Notes: generated from the sequence alone by a model not told the origin. Counted from the first letter of the stretch, positions 47,447-57,299 are shown. The stretch: 64,000 nucleotides of DNA from Candidatus Aenigmatarchaeota archaeon (GCA_046539325.1 JBKHHD010000001.1:55437-119436); one strand, 5' to 3'. Numbers and translations are program-made.

Positions 47447-48766
47447 TCATTTCTTTATGTACTCTTCCACTTTCCTCATAACCTTCTCTCTTATCTCATC
47501 TAGGTCCTTTTCTGTATCAGCCTCGAAACGTATAGAAACCTTATCCTCCGTTCCAGAAGGCCTCACAAGAGCCCAACCACCGTCAAAGTATATCTTGGCG
47601 CCGTCCTTCTCAACAATTTTTTTATCAGAGAAATCCTTCTTCAGCTTCCCAGGAACCTCTTCCTTGTTGTTGCAAGCAAGCCTTAACTCGGGGGAAGACT
47701 GGTAGGTGGGAAGTTTATCGACGAGCTCTGACAGCTTTCCTTTACTATCCATAATCTCAAGGAGCTTGGTTGCAGCGTAATAAGGATCATCGTAGTAGTC
47801 ATTGTCCTTGAAGAAGAAATGTCCCGTGTATTCACCACCTAGTTCTGCTTCCCTCTTTATCATTTCCCTCTTTATGTAGCTCATACCAACCCTAAAGGGT
47901 ATGTCTCGCGCGCCCACCTCCTCTACCATATCTTCTACAAGCTTCGAGGACTTAACATCATGTATAACTGTATCACCCTGGTTTATGAGGTTCTTAACGA
48001 AAAGCGCAAGAAGGACGTCGTTATCAACCCTGTCACCTTTCTCGTCTATGAAAACACCTCTATCACCGTCACCGTCAAAGGCAACGCCAAGATCAGCTCC
48101 TTCTTCGACCACCATTTCACCCAGTTCACCAACATTTTCCACGGGGTCAGGACCACGCGCAGGAAACTCTCCATCGACTTCCGAATTTACCGTTACAACC
48201 TCACAGCCTATGGACTTGAATATATCCTCAGCAAACAGTGCGGATGAACCGTTTCCAGGATCTACAACCACTTTGAAACTTTTATCGATACTGGCAGAAG
48301 AGGAAATCTTGTCAACAAAATCTTGTAGAACATCCCTTTGTATCACCTGACCACGAGGCTTGCTCTCAAACTCTGATTTATGAATTTCCTCCATCTTCTT
48401 TATACCGGCCTCGTAAACGAGATCCAGACCCAGCTTTCCACAGAACCTTATTCCGTTGTCCCCTTTGGGATTGTGGGAAGCGGTTACCATAGCGCCGCCA
48501 GCCAGGTTATCCTCCACGACCTCGTAGTAGAGAACTGAGGTTGCAGTGGTTCCTATATCTACAACGTCACAGCCCTGATCCACAAGCCCTTCGATCACAG
48601 CATTGGCTATCTGAGGTGAACTGTTCCTAGCGTCTCTTCCTACAGCCACCTTCTTTCCTGAAAGATCCTTGACCTTTACAAAGGCCTTTGCTATCTTCTT
48701 TGCCTTCTCTTCGTTGAATTTGTCTGGGTAAGAACCACGAACATCGTACTTTCGAAAAATGGACAT
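47447..48766 (-). CDS. Phosphomannomutase/phosphoglucomutase family
   Basis: YDVRG, TASHNP, FDGDGDR, GGE..GH, VRPSGTE. Confidence 0.93.
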   Translation of the reverse strand: MSIFRKYDVRGSYPDKFNEEKAKKIAKAFVKVKDLSGKKVAVGRDARNSSPQIANAVIEGLVDQGCDVVDIGTTATSVLYYEVVEDNLAGGAMVTASHNPKGDNGIRFCGKLGLDLVYEAGIKKMEEIHKSEFESKPRGQVIQRDVLQDFVDKISSSASIDKSFKVVVDPGNGSSALFAEDIFKSIGCEVVTVNSEVDGEFPARGPDPVENVGELGEMVVEEGADLGVAFDGDGDRGVFIDEKGDRVDNDVLLALFVKNLINQGDTVIHDVKSSKLVEDMVEEVGARDIPFRVGMSYIKREMIKREAELGGEYTGHFFFKDNDYYDDPYYAATKLLEIMDSKGKLSELVDKLPTYQSSPELRLACNNKEEVPGKLKKDFSDKKIVEKDGAKIYFDGGWALVRPSGTEDKVSIRFEADTEKDLDEIREKVMRKVEEYIKK

Positions 48767-48796
48767 ATTCAACCTTCCCTCTTCTTCAATAATATA

Positions 48797-49702
48797 TTAA
48801 TCTGAGAGTATTCTTCTTGAAATTTCTTCGGCATCGAACTTCTCAAGGTCCTCGTACTCCTGGCCAACGCCTATGTAAAATATAGGTTTATCCAAAGACC
48901 GTGCAACTGAAAGTGAAGCACCTCCTTTCTCGTTAACGTCCATCTTTGTAAGAACTACACCATCGATGCCAACGGACTCCGAAAACTCCTCTGCCTGCTC
49001 AACCGCATCGTTCCCTGTCAATGAATCAATAACAAGTACCTTCCAGTCAGGGTCGTTTACCCTACATATCTTTTCCAGTTCATCCATAAGGTTCGCGTCG
49101 GAATGTGACCTTCCGGCAGTGTCGGCAAGCACAGCACCCTTGCCTTCTGTCTCTGCATGTTCCACAGCATCATATATAACCGCGGCTGCATCCGAACCGT
49201 AGTCATGTTTTATCACCTTCAGATCTAGCTTCTCGCCGTGTTTATCGAGCTGTTCTATTGATGCAGCACGGTACGTGTCTCCGGCTGCGAGAACAGGCTC
49301 TACACCTTCCTTCTTCAGCATGCTTGCAAATTTTACTAAAGTGCTTGTCTTACCTGAGCCGTTGAATCCTAAAAAGAGGACAAGGGAGGTTCCTTCCTCT
49401 TCTTTGACCCTTTCCACGAGATCAGGCGTCTCATGGGCAAGTATATCCTTTACCGTATATCTAAAGCTTTCCTTTATTGTTTGCCTTATTTTTGTCCTTT
49501 TGACTTCCTGGCCTGAAAGCTTCTGTCTGAGGTCATCACATATCAGTTCAGCTACGTTGAGAGCTACGTCTGACTCGATCAAAGAAACTTTGAGCTCTTC
49601 AAGAACCTCGTCCAGATCCTTTTCAGAAATTTCTCTATCGGTAATCTTCTTGCCTGCTTTACTTATAGCGTTGTCAACCTTCTCCCTAAACTTAGAAAAC
49701 AT
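48797..49702 (-). CDS. ftsY: SRP receptor FtsY
   Basis: GFNGSGKT, DTYRAAS.EQL, DTAGR, TKMD, GVGQ.Y.DL. Confidence 0.95.
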   Translation of the reverse strand: MFSKFREKVDNAISKAGKKITDREISEKDLDEVLEELKVSLIESDVALNVAELICDDLRQKLSGQEVKRTKIRQTIKESFRYTVKDILAHETPDLVERVKEEEGTSLVLFLGFNGSGKTSTLVKFASMLKKEGVEPVLAAGDTYRAASIEQLDKHGEKLDLKVIKHDYGSDAAAVIYDAVEHAETEGKGAVLADTAGRSHSDANLMDELEKICRVNDPDWKVLVIDSLTGNDAVEQAEEFSESVGIDGVVLTKMDVNEKGGASLSVARSLDKPIFYIGVGQEYEDLEKFDAEEISRRILSD

Positions 49703-49719
49703 CTTACCAGCGGTTAAGG

Positions 49720-50391
49720 TTATTCGGAGCTCCTTATTAAAGCTTGCTCTACTCTGCCCAGTTCCGGTCCTGTGGTATCCTCACTGACCAGAACACCATT
49801 GGAGCTAGCAACTACGCCTGCTCCGACAAATGGAACTCCAAAGCCCACGGTACCTATACCACACTCTAAACCAAAGACCTCTTCCAAAAACTCGATCTCC
49901 TCCTCCGAAGCGTCTCTGTGGCATAGAAGGCCCTTGTTTGTAACTACCGAGCTGCTTCCAAGGAGGTCCTTGCCTGCTATCTTCCCTGTCTTCACAGGAA
50001 CCTGAAAAAGCTCTTCAATCTCCCCTTTCACGTCGCTGAGCCTTTCAGAAACAACACATGCTTTATCGTTTACCATAATAAGGTTTCCAAGGGCTGTAGC
50101 GTTAACCTTCAAAACCTTCCACTCAATCCCTGCCTCTTCAAAGGCCTTCTTTTCCCTTTCCTCAACGTTCCTTGGGAGAACCACGCCCTTTGAGTTAGCA
50201 GAACAAAAGATACCAGGCATGGTTGAGCCAGCCACAGGCGTCTTGATGATTTCAACTCCCAGAACCTCTTCAACTGCTTCGTAACATCTTTCTGAAAGAC
50301 CTGGGTTCATTATACAGAAGTCTTCCGAGGTCTCTGCATGTAGCCCTATATTTGAGTCTCCGTCGAAGTTTATCCTCTTTATATTGGTCAT
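49720..50391 (-). CDS. eif6: Translation initiation factor 6
   Basis: NIG, GNLI.VND, GTV.FG, TTGPEL. Confidence 0.94.
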   Translation of the reverse strand: MTNIKRINFDGDSNIGLHAETSEDFCIMNPGLSERCYEAVEEVLGVEIIKTPVAGSTMPGIFCSANSKGVVLPRNVEEREKKAFEEAGIEWKVLKVNATALGNLIMVNDKACVVSERLSDVKGEIEELFQVPVKTGKIAGKDLLGSSSVVTNKGLLCHRDASEEEIEFLEEVFGLECGIGTVGFGVPFVGAGVVASSNGVLVSEDTTGPELGRVEQALIRSSE

Positions 50392-50405
50392 AGTATCAAG
50401 AAAGG

Positions 50406-51041
50406 TCAGTCCATCTGGCTTTCAATAAACTCCTTCATGCCCTTCCTATTCTTGTTCTCTTCTTCCAACTCCAGAAGGAGTTCGAAGTCCGGATTTTCCA
50501 GATCATCTATAGATTCCTTCGCTTCGCCTATAGTTCCACCTAAAATATCCTCATACCTTTCCTTCTCCTGCTCGTCTACTTTCTCATGTAACTGTGATTG
50601 ATGGATTGAAAGACCTCTCTTTGTCTCAAACTCCCTTCCGCATTCATCACAGATGTACAGTTCCTCTTCTTCCTCTTCCTCTTCCTCTACTTCTTCCTCT
50701 TCTTCTTCATGCGCACGTGAGCGGTGCACTTCAAGTCCTTGTTCCGTGGAGAAGGTCTTACCACACTCTTCACATTCAAACTCTTCCTCTAAAGGAAGTT
50801 CCTTTTCGGGTGGCTGGACTAAGACGTACTCACCAGCATCTACGAGCCTTATTCTTATGGAGGAAGGTGGCTTCTGGGCTCCTCTTTTCCATATTCTATC
50901 ATTAAGGTCCTGATCGAGCTTGATATCTTTATCCGTCTGCTTCATAGCAAATTTCTTAATCTCACGCACAGCCCTTGCTGCGCGGTTTCTTCTCTCCACT
51001 TTCTTCACATCTAACGGAACGGAAAAGACGTTCTCTTCCAT
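50406..51041 (-). CDS. rpl31e: Ribosomal protein L31e fused to two C2H2 zinc fingers and a C-terminal domain
   Basis: VPL...RAARAVREIKKF...LNDRIWKRG..KPP.SIR core; between L39e and eIF6. Confidence 0.9.
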   Translation of the reverse strand: MEENVFSVPLDVKKVERRNRAARAVREIKKFAMKQTDKDIKLDQDLNDRIWKRGAQKPPSSIRIRLVDAGEYVLVQPPEKELPLEEEFECEECGKTFSTEQGLEVHRSRAHEEEEEEVEEEEEEEEELYICDECGREFETKRGLSIHQSQLHEKVDEQEKERYEDILGGTIGEAKESIDDLENPDFELLLELEEENKNRKGMKEFIESQMD

Positions 51042-51046
51042 AGAAA

Positions 51047-51202
51047 TCAGTCTCTCCAATGTTTGTCCTTGTTCACTCTAATCCTTCTCGTTCTGCTCCT
51101 TTTCATTCCGTACTTCTTTATGGATGCCCATACAGGAGCATCAGAGAGGTTGTCCTTCTTGATTAGCTTCCTCTTTTTCCCTTTCGTTTTTCTCGAAGAC
51201 AT
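51047..51202 (-). CDS. rpl39e: Ribosomal protein L39e
   Basis: Below track cutoff. MSSRKTKGKKRKLIKK...APVW..IK...HWRD; expected position before L31e. Confidence 0.88.
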   Translation of the reverse strand: MSSRKTKGKKRKLIKKDNLSDAPVWASIKKYGMKRSRTRRIRVNKDKHWRD

Positions 51203-51203
51203 A

Positions 51204-51536
51204 TTATCTCCTCTTTATATTCCAATCTTGTTCGGTTTCGTTCTTTATGGACTTCAGTATCTTTTTAAGCTTTTCCTCGTCTATCTTCTCCCTAACCTGG
51301 CCTGACTGGCTCAGCTGGACAAGGTAGGTTTCAAGCTGCTGTGCAACTGCTTCGTCTGCGAGCTTTACTCTGTTAAGCCTCTCCCTCGCGTCCTTGGTCA
51401 TTATCTTCCTCAGTGCCTGCTTCTTCTGCTGCTCGAGTTTCTTCTCCATGTCCTCTCGCTGATTCGCTGCTTCTTCGCTCTCCTGCATCTCCTTCTTCTT
51501 CTGTTCCTTTATCTTTTTGATCTCATCTTCGTCCAT
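51204..51536 (-). CDS. PDCD5-family DNA-binding protein
   Basis: LRKIMT.DARERL.RVKL, IDEEKLKKIL, IKRR end. Confidence 0.93.
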   Translation of the reverse strand: MDEDEIKKIKEQKKKEMQESEEAANQREDMEKKLEQQKKQALRKIMTKDARERLNRVKLADEAVAQQLETYLVQLSQSGQVREKIDEEKLKKILKSIKNETEQDWNIKRR

Positions 51537-51537
51537 C

Positions 51538-51957
51538 CTATCCTTCCTTTATCTGTTTCGCAATACCGTCCAGGAAGGACTGTCCTTCTGGGGTCATCTT
51601 TCTGCCTTCGCCTTCCTCTTTTTCAACGAAGCCAGCCTCTTCAAGTTGCTGAAGTGCCGTTCTTATAATCTTACCTCCAGCAGGCCTTGAATGGTCGGGT
51701 TTATGACCTCTATCTCTTCTGTCGCTGTACTCTCTCCTCAGCCTGTTAACTCCCATAGGACCCTTAACGTAAAGTTTTCTCAGGAGGGAAGCGCTACGCA
51801 TATACCACCAGTCGTCCTGTTGTGGAGGCCTTTCCTTTGCAGCGGAAGTTTTAACGAACTCGCTCCACTCCGGCTGCTCTACTTCTTCCTTCCCCTTCAA
51901 CTCATCTGCAACAGCTTCTATAAGCTGGTTGGGTCTTACATCGTAAACTGTAACCAT
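51538..51957 (-). CDS. rps19e: Ribosomal protein S19e
   Basis: TVYDV, PEW..FVKT...ERPP...WWY.R.AS.LRK, IIR.ALQQLE. Confidence 0.97.
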   Translation of the reverse strand: MVTVYDVRPNQLIEAVADELKGKEEVEQPEWSEFVKTSAAKERPPQQDDWWYMRSASLLRKLYVKGPMGVNRLRREYSDRRDRGHKPDHSRPAGGKIIRTALQQLEEAGFVEKEEGEGRKMTPEGQSFLDGIAKQIKEG

Positions 51958-51975
51958 AATCTGAAAACCTCGTTT

Positions 51976-52003
51976 GAATTTGGAAGCCTCGCTTCCAAAA
52001 TTC
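51976..52003 (-). promoter_or_regulatory. Strong hairpin in the rps19e leader
   Basis: GAATTTTGGAAGC-GAG-GCTTCCAAATTC between TATA-like TTTAAA and a GAGGT SD. Confidence 0.45.
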
Positions 52004-52043
52004 CACTGACTTTAATTCAACGTTAAGGTTTTTAAAGCTTAAA

Positions 52044-52346
52044 CTATCCCTCGTAGGGATACCTCTTCACGTAGCCACACTCCTCACACTTCCACTTCAC
52101 CGTCTTCTCGTCGCTGTCCACTTGTGTTTTACAGTTAACGCCAGGCTTTATGTAGCTGTGGCACTCCTCACAGAACTTCCTGTTTAGCTCCTTCGGAATC
52201 TTCACCCGGTAGCGCATCGCGATCTTTCTGGCAAGCTCTACGTAGCGATTCGCCCTGTCCTTTCTCTCCGTAAAGGCCTCCTCCGCCTCCTCGAACAGTA
52301 TCTCTATCCTTTCCCTCGCTATCTTTTTCTGCCAGTCCGGCTTCAT
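52044..52346 (-). CDS. rnp4: RNase P protein Rpp21
   Basis: IARERIEILF, RYVELARKI, CEEC...PG...CEECG..KRYP. Confidence 0.93.
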   Translation of the reverse strand: MKPDWQKKIARERIEILFEEAEEAFTERKDRANRYVELARKIAMRYRVKIPKELNRKFCEECHSYIKPGVNCKTQVDSDEKTVKWKCEECGYVKRYPYEG

Positions 52347-52394
52347 GTAGTCCACATTTCATTCTTCAAGTTTATATATCCGGAGCACGGTTCA

Positions 52395-55076
52395 CTAACC
52401 ACTGAACTCCCTGCTACCGTACCTCTTCGAAAGAAATCTCGTGTACAATGTCTCCAAAACGCCGAAGGCCATCAAAGCCAGAGCTATCTGACCCCACTCT
52501 CCAAGACCCAGAGTAACTGCACCAAAGTATTTCGAGAGGGGAGTGTAAAGAACCAGAAGATGTGACAGTGACGCAGCTGCTATACCAACGAGAAGGTACT
52601 TGTTCTCCCAAAGTGTCAACCCGTAGTCCCTTCTTATTATGTGAAACATCATGATCTCGAAAAATGCAAGTGCTATGAACAACATGGTCTGTGCGAGAGC
52701 AAAGTTCCTTATATGAATGAAGAACAGTGGGAGCATTATGAGAGCCGCCAATGGTCCAGTAACCAGTATCATGGCAAGGACTTTTTTATCTATTATAGAC
52801 TCGTCCCTGCCTCTGGGCTCCCTCTTCATTATTCCCTCTACTTTCGGGTCCTCACCAAGAGCCATTGCAGGCGGTCCGTCGCTTGCGAAGTTCACCCACA
52901 GGATCATGACAGCCGTAAGAACTACAGGATTTGGACCTGTGAAGTACTGATGGAAGAATAGGCCACCAATTACCGTACCAAAAAACACAAAGGATACTTC
53001 ACCTGAGTTCGTCGACAGGAGCTGGTTGGTAACCTTCCTTATATTGTCAAATATATGTCTCCCCTCAGATATGGCGTCACGTATCGTTACGAAGTTGTCG
53101 TCCTGGAGTATCATATCGCTGCTTTTTTTCGCCACGTCCGTTCCTCTTATACCCATTGCTATTCCCACGTCCGAATCCTTCAATGCAGGTGCATCGTTCA
53201 CGCCGTCACCGGTCATAGCCACGTTGAAGTTCTGATACTGAAGGGAATCAAGTATCCTTACCTTGTGGTGAGGCGAAACTCTGGCAAATATCTCTACCTC
53301 CCTCACCTTGTCCCTCAGCTCGCCGTCGCCTATGTCCTCCAGTTCATTTCCTGTTATCGCCTTTTCCGGATCGAACCCTAGCTCCTTCCCCACGGCTTTG
53401 GCCGTTTCTACATTATCGCCTGTTGCCATGACCACGTTTATCCCCGCTTCTCTGCACTCCTTCACGGCCTCCTCCACTTCCTTTCTTGGTGGATCTATCA
53501 TACCTTGCAGGCCCAAAAATACCATACCACTCTCTATTTCCTCGTCCTCGAGACTCTCGTGCTTCAGCTTTCTTCTCGCAGAAGCAAGAACACGAAGCGC
53601 TTCTCCTGCAAACTCGTGGTTCTTTTCCACTAGCTCCTTCCTTTTCTCCTCTGTGAGCTCCTTTACTTCCCCATCCTCCAGAATTCGGTCACACCTTTCC
53701 AGAACAACCTCAGGGGCGCCCTTCATATAGGCCGTCATGTCCTCAGTAACAACGGTCATCCTTTTTCTATGGGAAGAAAAGGGTACACTTCTTCTTCTTT
53801 CCTTGTCCTTTTCCAGACCTGCTTTAATCCCTGATACAAGAAGAGCTACCTCCGTCGGGCTCCCATGGAAGTCCTTGTCGGATTTCTCACCTGCTGGCTC
53901 TGCATTGTTGCAGTATACACCGCACTCGAGAAGTGGCCTCAGACTATCGGCCTCGACGACCTTATCGCCCTTCAAGAACCTCCCCTCTGTTTCAGTTCCT
54001 CTTCCTGTAACATCGTACTCTTCGCCCTGGAAGTACAGTTTCTCAACGGTCATGGTCCCCTCTGTAAGCGTACCTGTTTTGTCCGTGACAATATAGTTCA
54101 CTGAGCCGAGAGCCTCTACAACAGGAAGCCTTCTCACCAAAGCATCCTTGTCGAGCATCTTCCTTGAGCCAAGAGCCATAGTAAATGTAACTATAGCAGG
54201 AAGGGACTCCGGAATCGCGGCGACAGCCAGGCTTATGGTCATGAGAAATATAGTTATGGGTGTAGCCTCTGTCAGGAGAAACTGGAAGAGAGCGACCATC
54301 AACACTATGCCTATTACTATGTAACCGATCTTCCTGCCCATCTCGTCAACCTCCACCTGGAACGGCGTCTCCCTTTCCTCGACCTCCTTCAGCTCCTTCG
54401 CTATACTTCCCAGTTCCGTGTCCATTCCGGTCTCTACAACCACCGCCTTCCCTCGCCCCTTGACAACGTGCGTGTTCTTGAAGACCATATTCTTCCTGTC
54501 AGCAACTGGAATGTCCCCATCCAAAACACAGAGCTCCTTGGAAACGTTGACGCTCTCGCCTGTGAGCGCGGACTCGTCCGTGGCCAGGGACTCCACCTCT
54601 ATAAGCCTCGCATCCGCAGGAACAGCGTCACCCTGCTCCAGCTGCACAACGTCGCCCGGAACCACCTGCTCCGATTCGATCTCTACCCTTTGTCCGTCCC
54701 TTATCACGCTGGTCTTCGACGAGGCCATTTCCTTCAACGCCTCTATGGACTTCTCCGCCCTGTAGTCCTGGTAGAAGCCAAACAGACCATTGGCCAGAAG
54801 TATTACAAATATTATTATGGACTCCATATACCGTGGCTCGTGTCCCGGAAGAAAGCCAACGAACACTGAAAGGAAGGCCGCGGCCATCAGAAGGTATATG
54901 AGGTTGTCGTCGAACTGATCCAGAAGGATGTGAAGAGCCGAAGTGGACTGATCGCTCTTGATTTTGTTCTCTCCTTCCTCCTCCAGCCTCTTCTCCGCCT
55001 CCCCCTCGCTCAATCCCTCCTCCGACGTTCCAAGCTCCGAGAAAACTTCCTCCAGGATCTTGTCGTACCAGGACAT
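52395..55076 (-). CDS. P-type cation-transporting ATPase (type IIA, Ca2+-like)
   Basis: TGES, AAIPESLP, DKTGTLT, KGAPE, TGD, MTGDGVNDAP. Confidence 0.93.
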   Translation of the reverse strand: MSWYDKILEEVFSELGTSEEGLSEGEAEKRLEEEGENKIKSDQSTSALHILLDQFDDNLIYLLMAAAFLSVFVGFLPGHEPRYMESIIIFVILLANGLFGFYQDYRAEKSIEALKEMASSKTSVIRDGQRVEIESEQVVPGDVVQLEQGDAVPADARLIEVESLATDESALTGESVNVSKELCVLDGDIPVADRKNMVFKNTHVVKGRGKAVVVETGMDTELGSIAKELKEVEERETPFQVEVDEMGRKIGYIVIGIVLMVALFQFLLTEATPITIFLMTISLAVAAIPESLPAIVTFTMALGSRKMLDKDALVRRLPVVEALGSVNYIVTDKTGTLTEGTMTVEKLYFQGEEYDVTGRGTETEGRFLKGDKVVEADSLRPLLECGVYCNNAEPAGEKSDKDFHGSPTEVALLVSGIKAGLEKDKERRRSVPFSSHRKRMTVVTEDMTAYMKGAPEVVLERCDRILEDGEVKELTEEKRKELVEKNHEFAGEALRVLASARRKLKHESLEDEEIESGMVFLGLQGMIDPPRKEVEEAVKECREAGINVVMATGDNVETAKAVGKELGFDPEKAITGNELEDIGDGELRDKVREVEIFARVSPHHKVRILDSLQYQNFNVAMTGDGVNDAPALKDSDVGIAMGIRGTDVAKKSSDMILQDDNFVTIRDAISEGRHIFDNIRKVTNQLLSTNSGEVSFVFFGTVIGGLFFHQYFTGPNPVVLTAVMILWVNFASDGPPAMALGEDPKVEGIMKREPRGRDESIIDKKVLAMILVTGPLAALIMLPLFFIHIRNFALAQTMLFIALAFFEIMMFHIIRRDYGLTLWENKYLLVGIAAASLSHLLVLYTPLSKYFGAVTLGLGEWGQIALALMAFGVLETLYTRFLSKRYGSREFSG

Positions 55077-55163
55077 CTATGGATAATTTTAACTTGTGGG
55101 TTAAAAAATCACAGCAAACATCAGTCCAAAAATACTTTAAGCCCAGAATCATTGTGATAACTA

Positions 55164-56438
55164 ATGGACAGGACACACAAGGTCGAGTACTTTGCTATGT
55201 TTTTGGTAGCCTCAGTAGTGATTACGGTGAGTTTTTTCCAAGGACTGAGCTTCAGGGGTGTAGCTTTCAGTTTTTTCTACATCACAGGCCGTGTTGTTAT
55301 GTTAGATGCTGTTTACTCAACACTGGTATTTTCAACCATAACTCTTTTTCTAACAGCCTTTCTCGTGAAGGAGGTCTACTCCAGAAAACCCATCCCCCAT
55401 GTAACCAGCGGCCCTGGGGTCGCTGCTATTGTGCCAGCATATAAGGATGCAGAGGTTCTTGGTGATACCATCTCGAGCCTTATGGACTCTAACTACAAGG
55501 ACCTAGATGTATATGCCGTCTGTGAACCAGATGACAAAGAAACCATAGAGAAAGCAGAAAAACTGCCCTGTGAAGTCCTTATGAATAAGAATCCAGGTTC
55601 AAAGGCAGAGGCCTTGAATACCGCATTCAAATCTATCGAAACCGACTATTACGCGCTTTTCGATGCAGATGAACTCGTAGACCCCGACTTTATACCCAAC
55701 GCCGTTGGATACCTGGAAGAAGGCTACGAGGCATTCCAGGGAAGGAGAATACCTTTAACAGGTGGTTGGGTCGAAAACCTAGCTTACTGTGAAAGGGCAA
55801 TGAACCGAAATTTCTCGAAACTTATGGAAATAGTAGGATTCCGCTATGTCAAAAGTTCATCCACTATAATCACAAAAGATGTCTGGAAAAGGGTCGGAGG
55901 TTACGACGATATGATAACAGAAGATGTAGACTTCTCTCATAAATGCTACAGGGAGAAGGTAAAAACCAAGACCGATAAAAGATTAACAAATTCAATGGAA
56001 GCACCACACTGTTTCAAGGACTTCTTGGGCCAGAGAAAAAGATGGGCCATTGGAGAAGTGGAGATAATTTCCAAGGCACTTCACAGAAATTACAAGACCA
56101 ATAAGGACCTGAGGGCTTTGACATCAACCGCACTTATAATACTCGCGGTATTTGCACCTCTTTTCCTCATAGGACTTATGGCGAAGATAACATCTCTTGT
56201 AATACTGAGCATAGAACCTTTCTATTTTTTACCGATAGTTGCTGCGGCAGTCCCAACTTTATCGCTTTCATACAGAGACAAAGAAAAAGCGGGCTTCATA
56301 GGGTTTTACTCATTATTGAGTTTCTTTGGAGGAGTAATTACGGCCCTTTTAGGAATCAAGGCCGTCTTCGAATATCTAATAAGCCACACCGGTGAATGGT
56401 ACAGGATTGAAAAACAGGGAAACCTATCTGAAGAATAA
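55164..56438 (+). CDS. Membrane GT2 glycosyltransferase, processive type
   Basis: VPAY, KAEALN, DAD, TED, QRKRW motifs plus TM helices. Confidence 0.88.
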   Translation: MDRTHKVEYFAMFLVASVVITVSFFQGLSFRGVAFSFFYITGRVVMLDAVYSTLVFSTITLFLTAFLVKEVYSRKPIPHVTSGPGVAAIVPAYKDAEVLGDTISSLMDSNYKDLDVYAVCEPDDKETIEKAEKLPCEVLMNKNPGSKAEALNTAFKSIETDYYALFDADELVDPDFIPNAVGYLEEGYEAFQGRRIPLTGGWVENLAYCERAMNRNFSKLMEIVGFRYVKSSSTIITKDVWKRVGGYDDMITEDVDFSHKCYREKVKTKTDKRLTNSMEAPHCFKDFLGQRKRWAIGEVEIISKALHRNYKTNKDLRALTSTALIILAVFAPLFLIGLMAKITSLVILSIEPFYFLPIVAAAVPTLSLSYRDKEKAGFIGFYSLLSFFGGVITALLGIKAVFEYLISHTGEWYRIEKQGNLSEE

Positions 56439-56448
56439 CAGAAAGGAA

Positions 56449-56564
56449 TGCGGCCGCCGGGATTTGAACCCGGGTTGCGAGCTGGCTCCGGACTACGCGC
56501 CCGAAAGTGATTTACCGGACGTGCCCATGGAAGGCTCGAGTCCTAGCCACTAGACCACGGCCGC
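56449..56564 (-). tRNA. tRNA-Gly(TCC) with 44-nt intron at 37/38 (intron 56484-56527)
   Basis: Acceptor GCGGCCG/CGGCCGC-A; anticodon stem CGAGC/GCTCG; T-arm CCGGG-TTCAAAT-CCCGG; BHB with helix CTTC/GGAG and bulges CAT and CCA. Confidence 0.93.
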
Positions 56565-56606
56565 ACGGATACCGACATGGGCTTCAGTCAACGTACGTTA
56601 GTTCGT

Positions 56607-57230
56607 TCAGTAGCCTCCTCTCTTCATCCCTTTCCATTGCTCGGCAGCACTTTTATTTCTTTCGTCTTCCTTTTCTTCTTCGTCTTCTTCCTCCTCTCCT
56701 TTCTGTTCTTCTACTTCCTCTTCGTCATCCGGAATGCTTGCTGAGCGCTTTGCTATCTTCGGTCTCTGCTTAGGAGGTTTTCCACCACCAACCTCTGCAT
56801 TCTTTATAGAGTCCTGAACCTCCTGGAACATTTCTTCGTTCTGTAGCTCCTGGTTTTTAGGGAAAATAGCTCCTGTGGGCGTTCCTGCGTTCTCGTCGTC
56901 CGTAAACCTCGGGAATATCTGTATGTATGCGTGCGGAACCATCTGTCCTCCTGCCTCCTTCACGTTCATCGTCACTGAGACGCCGTCCGCTTCCAGTCCC
57001 TCCATAACTTTATGCATCGTTTCCCTGAGAAGTCCCATGGCTTCCTGCCACTCCTTTTCCGTAAGCTCCAACAGGCTCTCCTTATGGTCCTTGGGGACTA
57101 TGTTCGTCTGACCCTTTGCCCTTGGTTCCGGGTACTCTAGCCAGGCGTAGAAGTTCTCCGTCTCTCCTACGACCCAGAGGTCATTGGGCTTGTTGTTTAT
57201 GAAATGGCAAAATGGACACTGTTGCGGCAT
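56607..57230 (-). CDS. HIT-family protein with altered triad and charged tail
   Basis: CPFC, P.AKGQT.IVPK.H, AGGQMVPHAYIQIFPR. Confidence 0.82.
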   Translation of the reverse strand: MPQQCPFCHFINNKPNDLWVVGETENFYAWLEYPEPRAKGQTNIVPKDHKESLLELTEKEWQEAMGLLRETMHKVMEGLEADGVSVTMNVKEAGGQMVPHAYIQIFPRFTDDENAGTPTGAIFPKNQELQNEEMFQEVQDSIKNAEVGGGKPPKQRPKIAKRSASIPDDEEEVEEQKGEEEEDEEEKEDERNKSAAEQWKGMKRGGY

Positions 57231-57299
57231 ATTAGCATATTTAAATAGGAGCTAAATAAAGTTATGGATTAAGGAGCTCCAACACCCCCGCCGATAATC

